Below are positions 54,730-64,000 of a stretch of DNA of 64,000 nt, in pieces (positions within the stretch are counted from its first letter, which is position 1; each line of letters opens with the position of its first letter). The notes beneath the pieces are model-generated. The model was not told where the DNA came from. It was given only the letters and a program-made list of their open reading frames with translations, and did no database searches. Source of the DNA: an uncultured delta proteobacterium (GTDB lineage: Bacteria > Myxococcota_A > Polyangia > Palsa-1104); NCBI GenBank assembly GCA_963785725.1, contig CAWAWS010000005.1:320165-384164 (forward strand), read 5' to 3'. The position numbers were made by a program, and so were the translations under genes.

Positions 54730-56627
54730 CCGCCGGATCGCCGGGAGGCGGATAGGCCCACCGCCGTCACTAGGATCAATTCGGCGGCCACGAAGGTAAT
54801 CACGTAAGGCAATCCGCCCTTGGAAAAGCCGTAGCTGTGCAGTCCCACCCCCAGCACGAAGTTGACCCCGTACCAGGCCATGAGCACGCCCAAAAAGGCG
54901 CAGACCACGCCGATGGCGAATCCCAGTTCCTTCAGCCAGCCCGCCAAGCGGCCATGCAGGATGGCCACGTAGCCCAAAAGCGCGATGAGCGCCCAGGTTT
55001 CTTTCGGGTCCCAGCCCCAGAACCTTCCCCAGGAATAGCTGGCCCAAACGCCGCCCAAAATGGTTCCCGCCGCCAGCAATACGATGCCGACTTGCACGAC
55101 CCGGTAAAGCAGGAGGGTCTGCCGTTTCAACAGTTCCCGGTTTTGCGGATGCCGCCAATGGGTCCAAAGCACCGCGTGGCCGAATCCCAAAGATAAAAGA
55201 AAAGCGGCGTAACTGAGGGTGATGGTCAGCACATGGATGGTCAGCCAGAAGTTGCTGCGCAAGACCGGCTCCAGCGGCTGGATGGAAGGGTCCAGCACCG
55301 TCGGCACATTGTCGGCCAAAATGAATCCGAGGACCGCCAATAAAGACCCGGCCATGGCGAAAACCCGGTTCTTAAAAATCAATTCAAAAACAAGGGCGAA
55401 AACCGTCATGCCGAAGGTCACCCAAATGAGCGACTCATACATATTGGAAACCGGAGGCCTTCCGGCGATCACGCACCGCATGACGAAACCGTAAAGGCTG
55501 ATGAGAATCCCCCCGCCAAAAACAATAAACCCCACCGGAAAAAGCCGGGGCAGGTTCAAAAGAATGGAGAGCGCGATCAGGATGGCGGCGGTCAGATGGA
55601 TGATCCAGGCCCACCGGAAGGGCTTCACTTGGTTATATTGCACTTCCAGCGAAAGCCGGTCCGGATGGATATCGGGGTTGGTGGTCGTTTGCACGCTGGC
55701 CACCAGTTGGAGGCTTTGGGACTCAAAATCCGCCGGATTCCCTTCCACATAAGCTTTCAGGACTCCGGCGAAAGCGAAAAGAATCTGCTGTCCGGCTTCC
55801 GGCATTTTTTTGGGTGACCGGTCGTAGGCCCGGTGTAACTCTCCCAAAGAAGGCCATTTTTGGGTGACCGGGTCCGGTACGGGAATGACCGCCAGGGCAT
55901 CGCCCGATTCGATATCCTCAAATTTTTGAAGCCGTCCATAAACGGACAAGGCTTCCTTGGCCATCGGGTCCAACGCCACCTTGGCCTGCTGCTGGTCGTA
56001 AGCCCCCTTGGCGAAGGTCATGAATCCCTCGTTCTGTAAAAGAAAGTCGGGGGAGATTCTGTTTTTTTCCGGCGGAACGGATAAAAGGGATTTTAATTTT
56101 AAATTTTCAATGAGAATGAAATCGGTTTTTTCCCAGACTTCTGGTTTGGCGATCCAATCCAACAGCAAGCCCATCGGCGGCTGGCCGTTATAGTTTTCAT
56201 GTCCCGTGATAAACCGGACGCTTTCCCGGGCGAAGGTGTCGAGCGGCTTGACCCGCCCCCCGTCCTGGATGGGCATCAATTGAAGCGGCCTGAAATTAAA
56301 AGTATCCGCCCCGAATGCCGGAGCCCAAAACATCAAAAAACTAAGTCCACCACCAAGGCACCAAGGCACCATACCGACTTTCCAAAAATTGATTAAAGAA
56401 GTCGGCATCGTACCGATCTCCATATTTTCTTCAGTGGAAGATCGGCACAAGGAAATCTTTTTGAACATCTTAAAAAAATCCGATCTATTCTTTGGCTTTC
56501 TTGGTGCCTTGGTGTCTTGTGCCGATTTTCCAAAAATAATCAAATGGAAATCGGTACTATACCGACCTCTTTTAAATGTTTGTGGAAGGTCGGCATGGTG
56601 GTGAAAAAATCTTTTACTCAAGCGCAT
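54726..56627 (-). CDS. ccsA: cytochrome c biogenesis protein CcsA (system II), repeat inserted near the N-terminus
   Basis: GRVKPLDT, P..NMYES, WLTIHV and WASYSWGRFWGWDPKETW (WWD domain). SD AGAGGA before ATG 56627. Confidence 0.92.
   Translation of the reverse strand: MRLSKRFFHHHADLPQTFKRGRYSTDFHLIIFGKSAQDTKAPRKPKNRSDFFKMFKKISLCRSSTEENMEIGTMPTSLINFWKVGMVPWCLGGGLSFLMFWAPAFGADTFNFRPLQLMPIQDGGRVKPLDTFARESVRFITGHENYNGQPPMGLLLDWIAKPEVWEKTDFILIENLKLKSLLSVPPEKNRISPDFLLQNEGFMTFAKGAYDQQQAKVALDPMAKEALSVYGRLQKFEDIESGDALAVIPVPDPVTQKWPSLGELHRAYDRSPKKMPEAGQQILFAFAGVLKAYVEGNPADFESQSLQLVASVQTTTNPDIHPDRLSLEVQYNQVKPFRWAWIIHLTAAILIALSILLNLPRLFPVGFIVFGGGILISLYGFVMRCVIAGRPPVSNMYESLIWVTFGMTVFALVFELIFKNRVFAMAGSLLAVLGFILADNVPTVLDPSIQPLEPVLRSNFWLTIHVLTITLSYAAFLLSLGFGHAVLWTHWRHPQNRELLKRQTLLLYRVVQVGIVLLAAGTILGGVWASYSWGRFWGWDPKETWALIALLGYVAILHGRLAGWLKELGFAIGVVCAFLGVLMAWYGVNFVLGVGLHSYGFSKGGLPYVITFVAAELILVTAVGLSASRRSGG
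56348..56605. repeat. REP-like inverted-repeat pair, both arms carrying the double-hairpin insert
   Basis: Left arm 56348-56451 with insert 56371-56448; right arm 56500-56605 with insert 56519-56596. Confidence 0.88.
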
Positions 56628-58035
56628 TTTCAGTCCTCTTGTTCCAAGCGGGATTTTTAAACCAAAACATGAAGATGATGCCCAGCACCATGATCAAGGC
56701 CCCGCCGTATTTGACGACCAGACCCGGATCGCGGCCGACCGAAAAGACCGAGGTGTATTTTCCATCCGGCCCCAGCGAATAGCTAGCTTGATAAATGGTG
56801 TAACCCCGGTAATGAAGGGGTTCATTCATGCCGATGGTGGCGGGCATTTTCGTCCCCGTCTCAAAATCCGAGTAATTCACGTCGCTGGCGTAGGAAGCCG
56901 GTTTTTGGGTTCCCGGGTCAAACCCCAGGTTGAATTTTTTAAGCTCCAGGTCAAAGGGCAAATGTCCCTGCCGGGGGCCGTAAGCCAGTCCCAAGGTTTT
57001 TCCGGCGAAGGGAAAGGTCACCTGGTCCTCAAATCCCAGCCAGCCTTCCAATCGTTCGGAGCCTTGAACCGCCTGGTAATGGATCGCCGACTCCGGCTCT
57101 TTTTGGTAAACCAGGGGTTCGGGTTCATAGCTGACAACCGGAATAGCTTTCGGCAATTGGTCCTGCGCCTCGAACTGCATGTCCATCCAGCCCGTGGAAT
57201 AACTTTTGCCTATTCGCAAGGATTCCGCCGGTGAAAACTGTCCCTTATGCCGGATCTGGTATTTCAAACGGCCGGAGGGGGTTGAAAGAAAAGCCAAAGC
57301 GTTGGCCGGAACATCCGAATGGTCCGATGAAATCCGTTTCTTCCAATCCCCTTCCTTTTCAAAATAAACCGAAGCCGGTCCCAAATCCAAATGGCCGTAG
57401 TCCGGGCTTCCCAGGAACAACCAGTTGTTTTCCTGGACAAAAGAACTATGCAGGTTGAGGTGGATGGCCGGAAAACCCTTTTGTCCGGCCGGGGCCTTTT
57501 GCCCCTCCACCACCTTCCCGGCGTTCAACAGGAACTGGTCGATCATCAGCAACCCGCCATTCTCCAGGTGATAAAGAAAAGGGTGCTGGGGGCTGGGCTG
57601 CAGAATTTTGAAAGAAGCCGGAAATTGGCGGCTGGGTTCGTCGTTGATTTGATAGTAAAAAGTGGGTTTGTCTTCTTGAAAAATGGATTGATGCTGGCCT
57701 TCGACCAGGGCGATCTGTCCGTCGGTGCCTAATTGCTGGGTCATGAGCGCGCCGGCCAAAACGCAGAGAATCCCCACATGGGTGATGACAAAGCCCGTCT
57801 GATATTTTTTCCAGGGGTATCGGGAAATGGCCGAGCAAAAAACGTTGACGCCCAAAAGCAAAAGAAACCCCGCGAACCACCAGGTGCCGTAAACAAACCG
57901 CTTGGCGATCGGGGTGGAATAAACCGCTTCCACAATGGTCCCTGTGGCGAGGAGGATGGCCAAGATCAAAATCATCGGCAGGGCCAGTTTCACCGAGGCC
58001 AGAAATTGAAAAACCGGGTTTTTCCTAAAATCCAA
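56614..58035 (-). CDS. resB: cytochrome c biogenesis protein ResB/Ccs1
   Basis: FLASVKLA, GTIVE, THVG, MNEPLHYRGYTIYQAS and DPG..VKY.G; adjacent to ccsA. Confidence 0.88.
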   Translation of the reverse strand: MDFRKNPVFQFLASVKLALPMILILAILLATGTIVEAVYSTPIAKRFVYGTWWFAGFLLLLGVNVFCSAISRYPWKKYQTGFVITHVGILCVLAGALMTQQLGTDGQIALVEGQHQSIFQEDKPTFYYQINDEPSRQFPASFKILQPSPQHPFLYHLENGGLLMIDQFLLNAGKVVEGQKAPAGQKGFPAIHLNLHSSFVQENNWLFLGSPDYGHLDLGPASVYFEKEGDWKKRISSDHSDVPANALAFLSTPSGRLKYQIRHKGQFSPAESLRIGKSYSTGWMDMQFEAQDQLPKAIPVVSYEPEPLVYQKEPESAIHYQAVQGSERLEGWLGFEDQVTFPFAGKTLGLAYGPRQGHLPFDLELKKFNLGFDPGTQKPASYASDVNYSDFETGTKMPATIGMNEPLHYRGYTIYQASYSLGPDGKYTSVFSVGRDPGLVVKYGGALIMVLGIIFMFWFKNPAWNKRTENALE

Positions 58036-58152
58036 AAGGGGCTCCCAAAGGGCTGAAAGTCAAAGGGGCTATCTTACGGGGTAAAAACAATGAAAACAAC
58101 GAATCCGAAATCGGGGTAGTGTCTTAATTTGTCGTTGCGAAGAGTTTGGTTT

Positions 58153-58310
58153 TAAGAGGTCATTTCAAAACCTCTTCACCACCAAGACACTAAGGCACCA
58201 AGGAATACGAAAACGAAGATTTTAATTAAAAAATGAAAAGATTTTCTTGGAGTCTTGGTGCCTTGGTGGTGAAAATTGTCTTATGTTTGGGGTTTTGAAA
58301 TGACTTCTAA
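58153..58310. mobile_element. MITE-like element with 20-bp terminal inverted repeats enclosing an intact REP-like pair
   Basis: TAAGAGGTCATTTCAAAACC / GGTTTTGAAATGACTTCTAA (18/20 complementary). Inner arms at 58175-58203 and 58246-58273. Confidence 0.65.
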
Positions 58311-58365
58311 AAACGGGCCTCCTTGTCATAACATCAAACTAATGCATCACCGAAATCGGAAATCT

Positions 58366-58524
58366 TTACTGAATCGACTCTCCCAAATAAGCGGCCTTCA
58401 CCTTTTCGTTTTGGGAAACCATGGCGGCTTCACCTTCCAATAAAACCGTACCCGTCTCCAAGACATAAGCCCTGTCGGAAATTTCCAAAGCCATCTGGGC
58501 GTTTTGCTCCACCAGCAGGATCGT
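58366..58524 (-). CDS. C-terminal fragment of a branched-chain amino acid ABC ATPase (LivF-like)
   Basis: TILLVEQNAQMALEISDRAYVLETG...VKAAYLG; truncated at the junction. Confidence 0.85.
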   Translation of the reverse strand, partial: TILLVEQNAQMALEISDRAYVLETGTVLLEGEAAMVSQNEKVKAAYLGESIQ

Positions 58525-59807
58525 TGGCTGGTGGCTTGGCTGGCCTTTGGCGAAGCCATGGCGCCAAGTGGTGCTGGGGTCCGGTTGGTGGGGTATCCGC
58601 CGGCGGAATGGGCCATTGGTCTGAGCCCTTGGCAGGCCGATCTCGGCGGCCGTGCGGCCGGCACTGCCGACAGATGCGACGGTGCCCGTCCTGGGCAGTT
58701 CGATCAACTTGTTTTTCCTGATGGCGGCCGCGGCATCGGCCCTGCTGAACCTGACGGCGATCGCCCTGGTGCGGGTATGGAATCCGTCGCGTGAAGCGCG
58801 ATTGACACGCCTAGACGAACAGGCCGGCGACGCCCCGGCCCCCGAGAGCATCTCGGGCGCGAGCACTATGGGGGCGCAGCCAAACCCGGTGCCGCCGCGG
58901 CGAGTCGATTCATGCGGCTCCCGGTGCACGCGGCCCGTCTGGGACAACCCGATCCTCTGGGCCGGCGAAATCGCCACCTGGGCTTATGGACGGAAGGTGC
59001 TGGTGATTCGCCTCGTTTATCTGGCTCTCTGGCGGCCTGGCCGCGATGGCTCGTGGCAGTGAGCGTCAGCCCGCGGGGCATCACGCTGGCCGGCGGCTCA
59101 TTGATCCTGGTGCCGCTGTTTGTGCTGAGCCTGGTGCTGATCAACGCCCAGGCCGTGACCGCGCTCACCAGCGAACGCGACGTCAGGCGCTGGACCTGCT
59201 GCTGGTCACCGATCTGACGGCCAAGGAGTTCGTCTTCGGCAAGCTGGCGGGCGTGCTCTACAACACCAAGGAAATGGTGCTGGTGCCCGCTGGCGCTGTC
59301 CGGCTATCTGTGGTGCGATCGAGCGCCGTGTCGCTGCGAGAACGCTGATCTACCTGGTCGGCGGGCTGCTGGTGATGGATGTGCTTCGTGGCCATGCTGG
59401 GCGTGCATGCCGGCATGACGTATGAGAACTCGCGCACGGCGATCGGCGTCAGCCTGGGCACGCTGTTCTTCCTGTTCATCGGCGTGGCCACCTGCATGCG
59501 GATGATGGTCGCCTTCAGCGGCTCGTTCCACTTCCAGTTGCAGCCGTTCCTGGCCTTCATGCTCGGCGGCGCGTGGGGCTGTACGTGGCGCTTGGGTCGC
59601 GCAATCCGTCGTCGGCCATCGCCTGGGCTTCGGTCCTTGCCCGATCGCCACGTTCTGTACGCCATCACCAGCTTCCTGCTGGGATAGATGCTGGCGGCGT
59701 TTCTGGTGACCGTGGCGACTTATGGCTTCACCACCGCGGCGATCCTGGTGCCGGCGATCTTCGAGTTCGACGTGGCCACTGGACGCACCGGCGCGGGCGG
59801 CGATTGA
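58525..59807 (+). CDS. ABC-2-type permease-like membrane protein, partial and multiply frameshifted
   Basis: Pieces in several frames: VWDNPILW, ALTSERD..LDLLLVTDLTAKEFVFGKL and PAIFEFDVATGR. Confidence 0.6.
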
Positions 59808-59849
59808 GAGCCCGTCCCGGATCGTCTGCGCGGAAAGGCCTGGCCGGCT

Positions 59850-60085
59850 TTACTTGCGATAGCCCAGCGACTTCATCACGATCAGCATTTCTTCGTACGT
59901 GATGAAGCGGCGGCGGTGGCCAGCTTGTATTCGTCGATGGCGCCGGCCAGCTCTTTGGCTTCCGGCGACAGTTCGTCGTGGCTGTTGGCGAACTGGCGCC
60001 GTTCGCGGTCCGGCTGCTCGACGGACGCATCGTAGTTGCGGCGATCGGTGAACGGGGTGGACGGCGCTGCCAGGGACTGACTCAT
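59850..60085 (-). CDS. small hypothetical protein (frameshifted)
   Basis: ERRQFANS...ELAGAIDEYK joined across a frameshift to RRRFITYEEML.VMKSLGYRK. Confidence 0.65.
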
Positions 60086-60241
60086 ACGAAAACTCCTCGT
60101 GATGCCGAGCGATCCCCAAGGGACCATCCGGATTGCCGGCTGCGGGTACCGAGTCGCAGAGAGAACATCTCATCGCAACCGTAGGTCACGATCAGGTCCT
60201 CGTCAAACCACGGCCACGCCCCTGTCAAACCGCGGCCACGA

Positions 60242-61165
60242 TTAGCGATTAAGCGGCGGTTGCCGGCCGGCCGTTGCCGCCGCGCCGCCGCGCATCCGCT
60301 CGACCATCGCCAAGCTGTCCCTATGTGCCGGTTCTAACGCCAGTGCCTGTTGTAGCGACGCCTGCGCCTCCGCCGGGCGGCCGGCCATCCAATGCGCTCG
60401 GCCAATCCGAAAGAGCAGTTCGGCCGTATGGGGACCCCGCTGGTTCGCCAGCGCCAGGCTCTCGACGGCGTCGTTGTAGCGATCCAGCGCGATCAGAGCC
60501 AACCCCTGCAAGTAGAACAACCGCTGCGGCTCTTCGCCCGGCGGGTAACTGTCGATCAAACCTTGCAGCGTGGCCAGCGCGCGGCTGGGCACGCCCAACT
60601 GACGATAGGTTTCGGCCAGCCGCAATTGAACGTCCGATGTTGCCCGTGCGCATAGCCCAGCGACCGTTGATAATCGGCCAGCGCCTGCCGATAGTCGCCG
60701 CTTTGCTGCAATACCATGCCCCGCAGTGCCCAGGCCTGAAGCGAACTTGGGATCCAAGTCGAGAGCCTGCTCGGCTGCTTGTCGGGCACGGCCCATCTTG
60801 CCGAGCGTCAGATACATTTCGCCCGCGAGCGCACGGCCAAACTCGTGTCGTCCGGAGCAACGCTTGCGAGTCTCTTCCATCTGGGTGACGGCTTCCGTCT
60901 GTCGCCCGCGATGCCACAGCACCTCGGCGTAGTTGCGCCGGGCCTCGACATCGGACGGACATGTTTGCAGCGCGCGGACCAACAGCGGTTCGGCCCGCTG
61001 CCAGTCGCCGCGCTCCATGGCGTTGATCCCTTGCTGCGACATCTGCCGACAATTGGCCTGCGCCGAGGGACCGGGCCATCGCGAGAGAGCGTGCGGCAGC
61101 CCACCGAGCGCAAAGCATGACGGCCGCGACCAGCGCCGACCGTGGCGGCCAATGGATCTCGCCAC
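60242..61165 (-). CDS. TPR protein (frameshifted)
   Basis: TPR helices (AEQALDLDP, QALADYQRSL, ALALEPAH) spread over shifting frames. Start uncertain. Confidence 0.7.
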   Translation of the reverse strand: MARSIGRHGRRWSRPSCFALGGLPHALSRWPGPSAQANCRQMSQQGINAMERGDWQRAEPLLVRALQTCPSDVEARRNYAEVLWHRGRQTEAVTQMEETRKRCSGRHEFGRALAGEMYLTLGKMGRARQAAEQALDLDPKFASGLGTAGHGIAAKRRLSAGAGRLSTVAGLCARATSDVQLRLAETYRQLGVPSRALATLQGLIDSYPPGEEPQRLFYLQGLALIALDRYNDAVESLALANQRGPHTAELLFRIGRAHWMAGRPAEAQASLQQALALEPAHRDSLAMVERMRGGAAATAGRQPPLNR

Positions 61166-61546
61166 CCCAAGATAAGTTCGCTGCGCGAGCAGCGCATCGG
61201 CCAGTCCGGCGTGCGTCGGCGATTTTCAGCGAACGCGCCTGCATGAGAGCCGTCGGCAAAGGCAGCCGGACGATTTCCGGCAATCCTGGGGATTTAGGGC
61301 GAGAACGGTAGCAAAACGAGCCACGCAGGGCAAGGTCAGCAGAAGGCGAAGCCGCCGGCCCATGTCGTCGATTTTACGCCCGAATGCCAGCAATACCCGC
61401 CGCCGTCGCGCCCGCTGCCCAGCGTTTGCCAGCTTGCGTACAATGGCCCCATGCAGCCCATACCGCCGCAGCTTGCCCGGTATGAGCTTTGAGTAAACGA
61501 CTCCGACTAGCACCAAGAGACGCAGGCCGTAAGCGAGCCGCCCGTT

Positions 61547-61978
61547 ATGCCCCATACCTACGCCAAACAAGGCATTAAATTCTTATATCCCGACAACTGG
61601 ACCGTCGACGAAGGCGAACCCGTGGAAGGCGGGGCGGTGGTAACCGTTTACAGTCCGGGCGGCTCGTTCTGGTCGATCGTGCTCGAGCCCGCCAGCGTGG
61701 ATCCGGCGGACATGGCTGTCGCGGCGCTCAAGGCCCTCAAGTCCGAGTACGAGGACTGTGACTCCGAGCCGATGAGCGAAACCGTGGCTGGGCATGAGAT
61801 TCGAGGCTACGACGCCAACTTCTTCTGCCTCGACCTGACCAGCACGGCAGCCATTCGCGGCTTTCGCACCAGCGCCGCCAGTTGCCTGGTGTTGTGGCAG
61901 GCAGAAGACCGTGATCTGGCGGCACATGAGCCAGTGTTCCGAGCGATCACGATCAGCCTGCTTACCAACGACCGCTAG
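61547..61978 (+). CDS. hypothetical protein
   Basis: Intact 143-aa ORF with FLYPDNW and GYDANFFCLD. Confidence 0.7.
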   Translation: MPHTYAKQGIKFLYPDNWTVDEGEPVEGGAVVTVYSPGGSFWSIVLEPASVDPADMAVAALKALKSEYEDCDSEPMSETVAGHEIRGYDANFFCLDLTSTAAIRGFRTSAASCLVLWQAEDRDLAAHEPVFRAITISLLTNDR

Positions 61979-62095
61979 AACGGCGCCGCGGCGCCGTGTC
62001 CTCTTGAGGCCTGCGAGCGGCCGGCGGTATATTGGCCGGCGGCGTAAGCAACTGGTCACGGCCCAGGCAAAGCCCTTTTCCAGAGGGAGCCACTC

Positions 62096-62320
62096 ATGGC
62101 TATCGCCAGCGCAAGCGGATGTATCGAGTCGATCGGCAATACGGCCGGCGAAATCTGGCACGTGCTGCACGATCGAGGACCGCTACCGATCAGCAAGTTG
62201 ATCCAGGAGATCGACGCCCCGCGTGACCTGGTGCTGCAAGGCATCGGCTGGCTCGGCGCGAAGACAAGATCGCCATCGAAGAAGTCTCCCGGCGAAAAAT
62301 GATTTCGCTGCGCGATTGAC
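62096..62320 (+). CDS. small winged-helix protein (DUF2582-like), frameshifted near the 3' end
   Basis: IGNTAGEIWHVL...GIGWL followed by REDKI in a shifted frame; SD GGGAG. Confidence 0.75.
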
Positions 62321-62423
62321 GCCGGCGATGCCCGGAACCAAAGCCACCCGCCCGTGGACGATGGACGGGCTGGAATCTCGCGGGGCGGGCTGGGATCTCG
62401 CGCTCGGTGGTCGGGGCCAAAGG

Positions 62424-64000
62424 CTATTTCGCTTCGGATTCGTAAATCGGCAAGTGCCGATAGTAGACTTCCAGCGACAGCAGATTCATCGTCGTCACAT
62501 AAAGCCGCCCCGCCGTCCGTGCCCCAGTCCGGCACGGAAGGCGGGTCCCAACTGCCGGCCAGCGGACCGTGTCTGGACCTGCGTGTCGATCAACAGCGGA
62601 TGCAGCCGTTCGTTCCACGCCGTCCAGTAGTCCCCCTTCATGTGGAACATGACCTGCGTGGCGTAATACCAGTAATAGGTGTCGCGCTGCGGCTCGTTGT
62701 CGCGATGCCAGCGTCGGCAAGTTGTCCAGCAGATGCTCGGCGCCCTCGCTGCATGCAGCGGATCGTCGCGATTCCAGCCCAGGTAGAGCCGCATCAGCAG
62801 GCCCACGGCCGTCATCGTGGTGGTGGGCTGCCGGCCGTGGCGCTGCTCGATCGGTGTCGGCGGCGAACGGGTTGTAGACGTACTCGGAGCCGTCGTGCGG
62901 CCGGCTTGAGCACCGTCGAGCCAGTGCCGGGCCAGGTCGATAGGCGTCCTCGGCGGAACCTTCAGCCCTGCCAGTTCGCCGCTCTTGAGGGCCATCAATT
63001 GCCAACCGCTCACCGACGTGTCGGAATCGTACTGCGGCTGATAGCGCCAGCCGCCGCAAGGTCGGATGCTGCGAGGCGACGATGAAGTCGATCGCCCGCT
63101 GGGCCGGCTCGCGCAAGGTTCTCGTCACCGGTCATGCCGTAGGCTTCGCACAGGGCGATCGTGGCGATGCCGTGGCTATAGAGCCAGTGCGCTCTTGTTC
63201 GACTCGGCGATCCTCGGCGACATACAGATCGCCACTGGGCTGTTGGTGTCTTCACCAAAAACTCAAGCCCGCCGGCGCACCGTGTTCTGATATTGATCGT
63301 CGTAATGGTCGTAGCCGGCGCCCAGAAACGACAGCAGGGCCAGCCCGGTCGCGGCGGAATCTGCTTGGAACTAGGGTTTGTCTCGATCGCCGCCGGTGGC
63401 GGTCATCGCCAGGGTCCAGCGTCCGTCCGGCACTTGATGTCGAGCGAGAAAGTCGAGTCCCAACTCGACTGAGTGTTCTGTCCGCTGCGGCATGCTGGTG
63501 CCGCCGCCACCGCGCGTCGCGCGCTGATTGCCGCGTCCAACGAAGGCTTTCGCCGGCTCGCGAGCGCGCGGCCATCGACCACAACCTGGCCACCGGATTT
63601 GCGACCGAGAAAGTGCCCAACGCCGTTGCTGATCGTCTCGCTGTCTCGCTGGGCGCGGCGGGCATTGCGGCGAACCGATCTCCGGCGAGAAATTGGACCC
63701 AAGGCCGCCGGGCCCTTCAGCCGCGGCGACTTGAATCGGCAGCCCCCGCGCGAGGCCAATGGCGCCCGGCTCAGCCGCCAGCGCGCCAATTCACCTGCCT
63801 CGGCGCACCCCCGGAACCGCTGCCTTCCGTTGCCGGACTGCCCGGCGCCTCGGCCATGCCGTCGGCCGCTCCCTCGATGGCGCCGGCGATATTGCTGGCG
63901 GGCTGCGGCCCGCCCGTGGCGATCGCCGCCACTTGCGGAGCGTCTCGATCGCCAAAGCCGGCCGCGCGCGGATTCAGACCGTTGCCAGGCGAGCCAACAA
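62424..64000 (-). CDS. prenyltransferase/squalene-oxidase-repeat (alpha/alpha toroid) protein, partial and heavily frameshifted
   Basis: LYSHGIATIALCEAYGMT, AQRAIDFI, SGWQLMALKSG, YYWYYATQVMFH and GRLYVTTMNLLSLEVYYRHLPIY. Confidence 0.75.

Noticed and set aside
51933..58273. CRISPR array interpretation of the repeats
   Set aside because: The repeats are inverted, nested and dispersed, with no regular direct repeat-spacer period and no cas genes.
58366..58977. 203-aa ORF ending in a LivF-like tail
   Set aside because: Only the last ~52 aa are LivF-like; the rest is the antisense strand of a different segment.
58525..64000. Pseudogene cluster or genome decay
   Set aside because: Indels affect almost every gene while motifs stay intact, consistent with low-quality sequence.

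Overview
The window is a mosaic of at least four unrelated DNA segments joined without spacers. (A) 1-~51045 is very GC-rich with myxobacterium-like gene content: an ethylmalonyl-CoA-type cluster (CoA-ester lyase, 3-hydroxyacyl-CoA dehydrogenase, epimerase, ccr), tRNA-Arg, surE-pcm-M23-apt, the tRNA-Val-thrS-infC-rpmI-rplT-pheST-ihfA-merR-tRNA-Pro block, a hybrid histidine kinase, three Ser/Thr kinases, an FHA-GAF sigma54 activator with an adjacent -24/-12 promoter, a DEAD-box helicase, an RlmN-like enzyme and giant TPR proteins. (B) ~51045-51840 is an efflux HlyD/NodT fragment. (C) ~51840-58524 is more AT-rich, with an M32 carboxypeptidase, an Ig-domain lipoprotein, ccsA/resB and a livF fragment. 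(D) ~58525-64000 is Planctomycete-like and heavily frameshifted. The most novel-looking structure is in segment C. A REP-like inverted-repeat family (CACCAAG(A/G)CACCAAG...CTTGGTG(T/C)CTTGGTG) is interrupted three times, always at CTT^GGTG, in the same orientation and with no target duplication, by a 78-84 bp double-hairpin element. One composite copy sits in frame inside the N-terminus of ccsA and another lies within a 20-bp terminal-inverted-repeat MITE. Other leads are a pseudoknot-like structured spacer after tRNA-Arg, an alpha-carbonic anhydrase with D/H/E instead of H/H/H ligands, and a self-contained kinase/FHA-sigma54 module. All family assignments come from motif recognition only; no searches were run.
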